Source: an uncultured Methanosarcinaceae archaeon (GTDB lineage Archaea > Halobacteriota > Methanosarcinia > Methanosarcinales > Methanosarcinaceae). From it: 64,000 bases of DNA. The translations under genes were made by a program, and so were the position numbers. Shown piece after piece: positions 52,970-61,082 of the stretch. Positions within the stretch are counted from its first letter, which is position 1. The number at the start of each line of letters is the position of its first letter. The notes under the pieces are model-generated. The model had not been told where the DNA came from. It made no database searches and saw nothing but the letters and a program-made list of their open reading frames with translations. Location of the stretch: the NCBI GenBank assembly GCA_963847185.1, contig CAWJYV010000010.1, positions 352,001 through 416,000 on the forward strand, read 5' to 3'.

Positions 52970-53823
52970 GTACTGCTGTTGTAACAGTTAACAAAGGAGT
53001 ATTTAGAGGTCTTAACTTAAGACAGAAGACCCTTTTAATAATAGGCTTCACATCCCTTCTGCTATTTGCAATTGTAATTTCGAGCATTTTTTTAGGCGAA
53101 GAATCACTGCAAACTAATTTTGGTTCAAAGAACCTTAATCCTTCCCCTGAACATCCTTTCGGGACTGATTGGATGGGGAGGGACATGTTTGTAAGGACTC
53201 TGGAGGGCCTTGGCTTAAGCATACTTATCGGAGCTTTTGCCTCCACAATCAGTACCATACTTGCTATAATTCTGGGCTTGCTTTCAAGCGTAGGGAAGAT
53301 AGCGGATTCTACAATATCCTGGCTGGTAGACCTGTTTCTTTCAATCCCACATCTTCTTTTAATAGTTCTCATTTCCATAGGATTAGGCGGAGGAGCAACA
53401 GGGGTTATTATTGGAGTTGCATTAACACATTGGACAAGTTTAACAAGAGTTGTGAGGGCGGAGATTAAACAGCTGAAAACTCAGGAATATATCCATATTT
53501 CCAGAAATCTTGGTAAATCAAAATGGTGGATAGCTACAAAACATATCTTACCCCATTTAATTCCTCAGATCTTTTTGGGCACTATCCTAATGTTTCCGCA
53601 TGCTATTTTGCATGAAGCTTCAGTAACTTTTCTGGGTTTTGGCCTTTCACCTCATGACCCGGCAATTGGTATTATTTTATCAGAGTCTATGAAATACCTG
53701 TCAGCAGGGTACTGGTGGCTTGCATTCTTCCCGGGCTTATCACTGTTAATTGTAGTCCTAGCGTTTGATATGATAGGAGATAACTTGAGAAAGCTGATGG
53801 ATCCAAAGAGTGCTCATGAATAA
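52966..53823 (+). CDS. ABC permease (DppC/NikC-like)
   Basis: PSPEHPFGTDWMGRD, KHILPH, EA.VTFLGFG, WW.AFFPG, GD.LR..MDP; ATGA overlap with the upstream permease. Confidence 0.92.
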   Translation: MSTAVVTVNKGVFRGLNLRQKTLLIIGFTSLLLFAIVISSIFLGEESLQTNFGSKNLNPSPEHPFGTDWMGRDMFVRTLEGLGLSILIGAFASTISTILAIILGLLSSVGKIADSTISWLVDLFLSIPHLLLIVLISIGLGGGATGVIIGVALTHWTSLTRVVRAEIKQLKTQEYIHISRNLGKSKWWIATKHILPHLIPQIFLGTILMFPHAILHEASVTFLGFGLSPHDPAIGIILSESMKYLSAGYWWLAFFPGLSLLIVVLAFDMIGDNLRKLMDPKSAHE

Positions 53824-53975
53824 AAAAGTGCTCACGAACAAAAAAGAGTTCATAAACGAAAAAACTTCTCGTGGACAGGTTTTCTGGCTATCTTGAAAGG
53901 GTTTTCTGAAAGCCATAAATTAACAGCAAAATATAGCTCCAAAAATGATGAAACCCGGATTCAAAGGTGAGAAAT

Positions 53976-54953
53976 ATGAGTAAACAAATTGAAATAAATA
54001 CTAAAGAAGAAAAAAAGACTAAAGCCCTCATAAAAGTAGAAGATCTTTCACTTTCATTTATTCAATATGCTACAGGACTTAGACAAAACGAATTAAAAGT
54101 GATATCAAGTTTGAGTATAGAAGCTTACGAAGGCGAGATTTTAGCTGTAGTAGGATCAAGCGGATCTGGTAAAAGTCTCCTGGCTCATGCAATATTAGGA
54201 ATTTTGCCTTCAAATGCGAAACTTGAAGGGAAGATAGAATACAACGGTCAGGAACTTACTCAAAAGAGAAAAGAAAAATTAAGAGGTAAAGAAATAGCTC
54301 TTGTTCCGCAATCTGTAAACTATCTTGACCCTTTAATGAGAATCTCCAATCAGGTAATAGGAGCTGTTGAAGAGGAAAAAGAAGGCTCAATGAAAAAGCT
54401 CCAGAGAGAAATTTTTCAGAGATACGACTTAAAACCTGAAGTTGAGAGAATGTTTCCCCATGAGCTCTCAGGAGGAATGTCCAGAAGAGTTCTGGTTTCT
54501 ACTGCCGTAATAAGCTCTTCAAAGCTCATAATTGCAGATGAACCGACCCCGGGATTGGATGAGAAAACATTGAATGAGACCCTGAACCATTTCAAAGATA
54601 TGGCAAATAGAGGTTGTGCGGTGATCCTTATAACTCATGATATAGAGGCAGCCTTAAAAATCTCTGATAAAATTGCAGTGTTCTATGCAGGTACTGTTCT
54701 GGAAGTAGCAAATGTTGAAGATTTTAATAATGATGGGGAAAATTTAAGGCACCCCTACACCCGCGCACTCTGGAATGCTCTTCCTCAGAACAAATTTCAG
54801 GCAATTAAAGGTCATCAACCAATGCAGGATGAAGTCGTTGACGGATGCATTTTTTATGAAAGATGCTCCCGGAAGAATGAGCTTTGCTCTAAAGGTATTC
54901 CTCAATTTAAAAATGTAAACGGTGGAATAGTGAGGTGCAATAATGTGTCTTAA
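53976..54953 (+). CDS. ABC ATP-binding protein (DppD/NikD-like)
   Basis: Walker A GSSGSGKS, ELSGGM, IIADEPT, HPYT and Cys-rich C-terminus; GGTGA RBS before ATG 53976. Confidence 0.93.
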   Translation: MSKQIEINTKEEKKTKALIKVEDLSLSFIQYATGLRQNELKVISSLSIEAYEGEILAVVGSSGSGKSLLAHAILGILPSNAKLEGKIEYNGQELTQKRKEKLRGKEIALVPQSVNYLDPLMRISNQVIGAVEEEKEGSMKKLQREIFQRYDLKPEVERMFPHELSGGMSRRVLVSTAVISSSKLIIADEPTPGLDEKTLNETLNHFKDMANRGCAVILITHDIEAALKISDKIAVFYAGTVLEVANVEDFNNDGENLRHPYTRALWNALPQNKFQAIKGHQPMQDEVVDGCIFYERCSRKNELCSKGIPQFKNVNGGIVRCNNVS

Positions 54954-55566
54954 AGCTGAAAACATAAGCTTCGGCTATAAAAGAGGCCAGTTAATTTTGA
55001 ATAACGTGAACATATCCCTGAACCGTGGAGAAGTACTGGGCTTAATTGGGGACAGCGGAAGTGGGAAGTCAACCTTATGTAAAATATTAGCTGATTATGA
55101 AACTAATTACCTGGGAAAAGTAAGTATTGACGGAAAAGAAATTACATCAAAAAAATATAACCCTGTCCAGCTTGTCTTTCAACACCCAGAAAAAGCGGTA
55201 AATCCAAAATGGAAAATGAAGGACATTTTAAATGAAGGACACAACGTTTCCCACGATATTTTAGATTCATTCGGAATAAAAAAGAGTTGGCTTAATCGGT
55301 GGCCAAATGAACTTTCAGGAGGCGAACTTCAAAGGTTTGCTCTTGCAAGGGCTTTGGGGCCTGAAACCAAGTACTTAATAGCTGATGAAATAACCACAAT
55401 GCTGGACGCGATTACTCAAGCTCATATCTGGGATACTGTTTTAAGAATAGTCCAAGAGATGAATATTGGAGTACTTGTTGTTAGTCACGAAAAAAAATTG
55501 ATTGAAAGATTATGCCACGATGTCGTTTATTTCGATGAAATAAATAACGTTAAAAACCCTTCATAA
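54943..55566 (+). CDS. ABC ATP-binding protein (DppF/NikE-like, short)
   Basis: GDSGSGKST, ELSGGELQR, LIADE, VSH. Confidence 0.92.
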   Translation: MCLKAENISFGYKRGQLILNNVNISLNRGEVLGLIGDSGSGKSTLCKILADYETNYLGKVSIDGKEITSKKYNPVQLVFQHPEKAVNPKWKMKDILNEGHNVSHDILDSFGIKKSWLNRWPNELSGGELQRFALARALGPETKYLIADEITTMLDAITQAHIWDTVLRIVQEMNIGVLVVSHEKKLIERLCHDVVYFDEINNVKNPS

Positions 55567-55743
55567 TCCTGAATTACAGGCAAATTGTATTATAGACTAT
55601 AATCAAGCTTAAAGACAAAGATATAATAAATTAAGTGTTCCCCATAGTGAAAAACCTCTTGAGCCAATTCTGGTGCCTCTGTTTAAAAAAGCACCAGTTA
55701 ACAAGACTATAATAGATGTGAGAAGAGTGGTCAAGTAGTAAGG

Positions 55744-55989
55744 TTATTCAGTCGGAGTTATCATTCCTGAAACTATTTTGACTTCTTTTTGAAACTCAGC
55801 ATTGCTTATTTTTATGTGATTCATTCCTGATGCTTCCAGTGTAAAAGAGAAGAAATCTATAATTCATGTTTCGGGTTCATAGGATGCATCGATTTCTTTT
55901 TTCCATGAAAGTTCTTTGTTTTGCGGATCAATTACAGATACATTCAATAATTCAGAGCTGGGAAATTGTTCTTTCGTTTTAAAAAAGAA
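55744..55989 (-). pseudogene. Gene remnant (C-terminal fragment with one internal stop)
   Basis: Minus frame EQFPSSELLNVSVIDPQNKELSWKKEIDASYEPET*IIDFFSFTLEASGMNHIKISNAEFQKEVKIVSGMITPTE*; no start, ends next to the MITE at 56006. Confidence 0.4.
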
Positions 55990-56005
55990 TCATTTTTTTG
56001 TTAAA

Positions 56006-56134
56006 GAGCTGATCCCAAAACTCAAAAACTGCTATTTCAATTTCGATTTTTAATAATCAATTAATTTACAGATCAGGAAAATAGTATGAAATTCCTATGG
56101 ATATGGAAACAGAAACGGATTTTGGGATAGGCTC
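56006..56134. mobile_element. MITE copy 3 (best preserved, 129 bp)
   Basis: TIRs GAGCTGATCCCAAAA and TTTTGGGATAGGCTC; non-coding interior homologous to 29095-29216 and 9775-9916. Confidence 0.82.
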
Positions 56135-56445
56135 AAATAAAAAGTAGTAGACGGATTTAACAAATAGTTACAGTTTTTGTCAACCAGAAAGTTACAGTTT
56201 TTTATCAGTTAAAGTAATTTAAAATCCGAACTCCCAATTTTCCGAGGCTTCGTGGAATATGATGCGTAACATTAATATACAACAGAGTATAAAATATTCT
56301 TATGTTGTAAGAAGCTCTAAGGGGGAGCTTCCAAATTATTAAATTCTTTTTGGTCTAATTCCAGCATGCATTACCTGAAAAAGAATTTGAGAATTATAAA
56401 AATACATTTTTGAAATAAGAAACATACTAGCAGTGGGTGGTAATA

Positions 56446-56766
56446 GTGGGAGAAGTGTTTGAACAAATCGATTATGCAAAATCTGCCAGAAAAAAGCTTA
56501 AACCTATAAGTAAAACATTAAGAACAGATATATACACGGATGAAAATGAAATTTTGTACTGGCTTGTACATAAGAATGCTAAACAAAAAATAGATTATTA
56601 CGACAAAAAAATATCCGAAATGGAAAAAAAATATAAAATGGACTTTTCTACTTTTAAAGATAAAATTCACTCGAGGATGGAAGAAAAAAGTCTTGAAGAA
56701 TGGAACGATTTTGTTCTATGGGTAGGTTATCTCAAAGCATACAGATACTGGGAAGAGTTCTGCTGA
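56446..56766 (+). CDS. Hypothetical protein, antitoxin-like
   Basis: C-terminal KI..MEKKYKMDF..F.......EEW.DF..W pattern that I associate with small archaeal antitoxin-like proteins. GTG 56446 with GGTGG RBS (or GTG 56437). Confidence 0.6.
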   Translation: MGEVFEQIDYAKSARKKLKPISKTLRTDIYTDENEILYWLVHKNAKQKIDYYDKKISEMEKKYKMDFSTFKDKIHSRMEEKSLEEWNDFVLWVGYLKAYRYWEEFC

Positions 56767-57039
56767 TATGAAAACCTGATATTCAACAAACTTTTTTCTT
56801 AGCAGACTTACTTTTTAACTTTTATAAGTCTCATTTTCATAGGACAACTTATTATATTTTCATGAAAGATCCCATAGTTACAGGTCTGATTTTATGCCAA
56901 CGCTTAAATAGACTTAATTATAAGAAGGCCCTCAATTCCGAATTAATGGACCTCGAGAAAATATCAATAAGAGAAATCTTTTCTGTCGATGATTCACAGG
57001 TCTTTTCTGCAAAATAAGCTGCCCCCATTCGAAACAAAG

Positions 57040-57342
57040 CGAAATCTCAACAACTTTACTTGAGAGAAAAACCTGAATTTTAGGCAGGATAACAAGAGAG
57101 TTTCAAGAAAAACAATAGGGTTTTCAAAAGTCAAAGAATGCTTAGAGAATCATATGAAGCTCTACTGTACGCATTTTAACTTCTGTAGAGGTCACGGAGG
57201 ATTAAGATATAAGGATGAAAAAGGAATAGAATGCAAAAATACTCCGGCAACAGAAGCAGGGATTACAGACTCAAAATGGACTTTGAATGAATTGCTGAGA
57301 TTTAGGTGTATCAAAATATCAATCAAATAAAGATGGACCATC
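57040..57342 (+). pseudogene. IS1-family transposase C-terminal remnant
   Basis: NFRQDNKRVSRKTIGFSK...FNFCRGH...TPATEAGITDSKWTLNELL..* ending TAA 57328-57330; upstream part frameshifted or deleted. Confidence 0.78.
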
Positions 57343-57428
57343 AAAGTAAAAGATCTGGTAAATTAAAAAAGGAAAGAAGAGAGGTGCAGAGGATCAGCAG
57401 GAATCTCTCAACAAGCTATATTTCTGTT

Positions 57429-59024
57429 TCAGTAAACGGTCTCCTGTTTTGTCTTCGTATTAAATGCCCTGTATTCATCTGCTTTTTTATCCTGCAGGTA
57501 AACATATGCATATGAAGGAGAATTGAGCCTTTTCCTGTATTCTTCTCTGGCTTCAGCCTGACAACTGTTACAGGCGTAAATAGGAACAGAAACTCCAAAG
57601 ATTCTGGCATTATTAATACTGCTATGGGCTTGAGAATCAATGGTTATATAGCCCAGGCAGTCAGGGCAGATACGGACTGTTTCTTCCTGCAGTTCCTGAA
57701 TCATATCAGTGTCGTAAAAGATCTGTTTTTTCCGACTGTAAAAGTCTCCGTATTTTGCCAGTTCTGCTTCTACAAGCCTGTCCCTGTTTTTCCAGTTCTC
57801 GAGCTGAGTTGAGACTATAGTTTCCAGTGTTTGCCTATCCCTTTCAGCCTGAACAAACATCCCTGGCCTGTAGTCAGGCTCTCTAACACAGGAATAGTCA
57901 AGCCCTGCCATTGCAAGGATTATGCCGGTATTTACATAAGGCAGTGCAGTCTGGATTGCATAGCCTCCTTCAAGAACTGCCATATCAGGAGCGAGTTTCT
58001 CGTTCAGTTTTGCGTAGCCCTGTGCGGAAAAGCGCATATTTGCAAGAGGGTCAGTATAATGATTATCCTGCCCTGCAGAATTCAAAACAAGTTCCGGTTT
58101 GAAGTCTTCAAGAATCGGAAGCACCAGAGAATCGAGAATATAGAGTATACCCTCATCCGGGGTTGCAGGAGGCAAGGGAATGTTAATTGTCCTTCCAAGG
58201 GCTTTTGGGCCTCCCAGTTCGTTCATGAAACCGGAACCTGGATAAAGCGTCCTTCCGTCCTGGTGGAAAGAGATAAAAAGCACATCAGGATCATTATAGA
58301 AGATTTCCTGTGTCCCATCCCCGTGATGGACGTCAGTATCCACAATTGCAATCCTGCGGATCCCGTATTTCTTTCTCAGGTACTCTACAAGGATGGCTTC
58401 ATTATTGATATTGCAAAAACCCCGGTTTCCGTGAGCTACTGTCATGGCATGGTGACCAGGCGGGCGGACAAGGGCAAAAGCGTTTTTGACTTCCCCTTTC
58501 ATCAGGGCATCTGCCAGAACCAGACAGCTGCCTGCTGCAATAAGGTGAGGAGTCGTAGCCTGGGCTTTAATGTCAGGAACGCAAAAATGTACTCGTGCAA
58601 TATCCCTGTAATCAGCAAGGCGAGGTTTATATTCGGCTATCTCAGGCAGGTCCATAAGGCCTTCTTCAAAGATCTGGTCCCTGGTGTAGAGCAGGCGCTC
58701 TTCTCTTTCCGGATGTGTAGGTGAAATTGCCCAGTCGAAAGCAGGGAAGAAAATAAGGCCTGTCTTTCCGGCTTTGCTGCGGTCTGCCGGATACAAGGAT
58801 CCATTTTCCGACCCTTTATCACTTGTTTTCAATTCCACATTAACTCCATCAGGGGATTTTGAACTATTTCCTTCTGACTTTATAATCTGGACTTCTCTTG
58901 CGTTTTCAGAACTTGCCTTTTTTTCAGAACTTGCCTTTTCTGCGTCTTCTTTTTTCTCTTCCGGAATGTGCTCTTCAACTCCGCCTTTAAGTACATCCCT
59001 GATTTTTCCAAGTCCTAACTTCAT
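57429..59024 (-). CDS. Histone deacetylase-family amidohydrolase with C-terminal Cys motifs
   Basis: HPE...R, RPPGHHA, GFC..NN.A, DTDVHHGDGTQ, SAGQD.H..DPL, LEGGY; C-terminal CPDC and CNSC. ATG 59024 overlaps the upstream TGA. Confidence 0.92.
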   Translation of the reverse strand: MKLGLGKIRDVLKGGVEEHIPEEKKEDAEKASSEKKASSENAREVQIIKSEGNSSKSPDGVNVELKTSDKGSENGSLYPADRSKAGKTGLIFFPAFDWAISPTHPEREERLLYTRDQIFEEGLMDLPEIAEYKPRLADYRDIARVHFCVPDIKAQATTPHLIAAGSCLVLADALMKGEVKNAFALVRPPGHHAMTVAHGNRGFCNINNEAILVEYLRKKYGIRRIAIVDTDVHHGDGTQEIFYNDPDVLFISFHQDGRTLYPGSGFMNELGGPKALGRTINIPLPPATPDEGILYILDSLVLPILEDFKPELVLNSAGQDNHYTDPLANMRFSAQGYAKLNEKLAPDMAVLEGGYAIQTALPYVNTGIILAMAGLDYSCVREPDYRPGMFVQAERDRQTLETIVSTQLENWKNRDRLVEAELAKYGDFYSRKKQIFYDTDMIQELQEETVRICPDCLGYITIDSQAHSSINNARIFGVSVPIYACNSCQAEAREEYRKRLNSPSYAYVYLQDKKADEYRAFNTKTKQETVY

Positions 59025-60733
59025 TCTATTCCCCTCCTCGTCCATTCGGGGATCAGGCCTGCAGGAATCTGCATTTCCACATCAAAAAGCTTTCCTACAG
59101 TGTACCAGCCGCTGACAACGTTAAAAACTTCACTACTGACAATCTCTGCCTCATCCGTATAATCGGCAATTCCAAACTTTTCCGCACGTTTCCTGAGAAG
59201 TTTTGCAGCAAAGGCTTCAACTTCCTCTAAACCCATTTTATTGAAATTTCCTGTATCAGTTGAGGTAAGACTTATAATTTCTCCCTCTTCAGCGATTGAA
59301 TATGCTTTCTGTTCAGTATCGATGTGCAGGCTCAAAGTAATTGTGGGCCTTGCAACAGCGGCCCCTATGGCATTTCCTACCTCTGCATGATCAGGAATGA
59401 CGGGTTTTGCATCAAGTTTCCTGGCAATTCCTGTAATGAGCCCTCTTGCTCCGCCTCCTATGCCTACCACATTTTGAGGCCTTTCCTTCTTTTCTTGAAG
59501 GACTTCCCATATCCTGTAAGCAGGTTCCTGTTCCCATTCAAAAAACATCTCATGGACTGCTTCAGAGATCATTTGCGTGGTTTTGTCCACTATCAGAGAT
59601 GCAGTTTCAGTTTCGGATTTTCCCCATCTTGACGCTGTAGTTGCTACTGCTTTTCTTGCACGTTCGAGACTTCCAACTTCAATAAGCCCAAGTACCCTCA
59701 GCGCATCAGTAGGAGTGGTTTCCGCCCCTCCCATGCAGCAAGCAGGACCTGCTCTATCAGGGCCAATAGTTATTATTTTTGCACCGCTTTTCGAATCCTC
59801 AACTCTTACTACACTATCCCCTCCTACAGGTATTGAGCGAACTGCAAAAGCCCGGACATGCGTAAGAGAAGAACCGAGTTTTACACCTTTTGAGGCAAGA
59901 AGAGGATTTCCTGAAAGAATAAGTGCAAGATCCGTTGTAGTTCCTCCTATATCCACTACCACAGAAGTTTCTCCTTCCGGAGTAAGGGCAAGGGCTCCAA
60001 TTGTGCTTGCAGCAGGACCCGAAAAAATGGTTTCCACAGGAAAATCGATTGATTTCTCAATAGGAAGAGTCCCGCCATCGGCTTTCAGGATGAAGACAGG
60101 AGCTTTGATATCTCTCTTCTCAAGGGCTGTCCGGATTTTCTCAACAAACTCCTGATAGCGCTCCCTGGTAGCAGAGGCAAGCATAGCAGTTGCAATTCTC
60201 CTTGGAAAGTTAAGTTTCCCCGAAACCTTATGTCCCAGTTCCAGTTTGCAATCCGGATAAATTTCCCTGAATATTTTTTCTATCATGAGCTCGTGGGAAG
60301 GATTTCTCTGCCCGAATTTACTTACAACAGCGGCCCTTAAAAGTCCCTGTTCTCTGATCAGGTTAACTGTTTTCCGAATCTCAGCTTCATCCAGAGGCTG
60401 GATTTCTCTACCTCTATAATCTATGGCCCCTTTGAGACAAAAACTATCAGGAAAAGAATAACTTGCAGGATTAATCCCAGGCCCTGGAATGAGCAACAGG
60501 GCAACTCTATCGGTTTTGCCTTCAGCAATTAGATTTGTTATAACGGTTGTGCTAAGTACTATTCTTTCCAGTTCTTTGGGGGAGATATCGCTGCTGATCG
60601 CATCAAGGGCTTCAAGCAGGGAATTCAGAAGACTTCCCTCTTCAGTGGAAACCTTGGCAGTACTGTATACACTTCCGTCCCGGATCAGCACCGCATCTGT
60701 AGTAGTGCCTCCGACATCGATTCCTATTAACAT
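59021..60733 (-). CDS. Hydantoinase/oxoprolinase A-type (ASKHA ATPase) family protein
   Basis: IGIDVGGTTTDAV, SGPAAS, DIGGTTTD, GGDS.V, GP.R.GPA..GG...TPTDA, NAIGAA; AGGTGAGG RBS. Confidence 0.92.
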   Translation of the reverse strand: MLIGIDVGGTTTDAVLIRDGSVYSTAKVSTEEGSLLNSLLEALDAISSDISPKELERIVLSTTVITNLIAEGKTDRVALLLIPGPGINPASYSFPDSFCLKGAIDYRGREIQPLDEAEIRKTVNLIREQGLLRAAVVSKFGQRNPSHELMIEKIFREIYPDCKLELGHKVSGKLNFPRRIATAMLASATRERYQEFVEKIRTALEKRDIKAPVFILKADGGTLPIEKSIDFPVETIFSGPAASTIGALALTPEGETSVVVDIGGTTTDLALILSGNPLLASKGVKLGSSLTHVRAFAVRSIPVGGDSVVRVEDSKSGAKIITIGPDRAGPACCMGGAETTPTDALRVLGLIEVGSLERARKAVATTASRWGKSETETASLIVDKTTQMISEAVHEMFFEWEQEPAYRIWEVLQEKKERPQNVVGIGGGARGLITGIARKLDAKPVIPDHAEVGNAIGAAVARPTITLSLHIDTEQKAYSIAEEGEIISLTSTDTGNFNKMGLEEVEAFAAKLLRKRAEKFGIADYTDEAEIVSSEVFNVVSGWYTVGKLFDVEMQIPAGLIPEWTRRGIE

Positions 60734-60996
60734 TCACAATTCGCCTATCCTCACCTTTATGTATTCTTATTTTCGTTTCTAATTGTATTATAAGAAATTA
60801 TCCATTAGTTTTCAGATAAGAGTCATCAATAATTCTTAGATTGTGAGATTTGACACAAAGCTCATAGATAAAACTATTAAAAATATCTAATTGTAAGCTT
60901 TGAGAATGTAGCCGTTGATAAGGTTATTGTTATGATAAAGAATTAGAACTCTTCGGTATATGTATTGACAGATCCACTTTTTTCATCCGGCCAACT

Positions 60997-61080
60997 TTAA
61001 CCAATCTATCAATAACCAATCTATCAATTTTAATCGATCTATCAACTTAACAGGTTTATCAATTTCAACCAGCTTATTAT
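60997..61080. repeat. Degenerate 16-18-bp tandem repeat downstream of the kinase
   Basis: About 5 units of (T)TAACCAATCTATCAA-like sequence. Confidence 0.55.
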
Positions 61081-61082
61081 CC

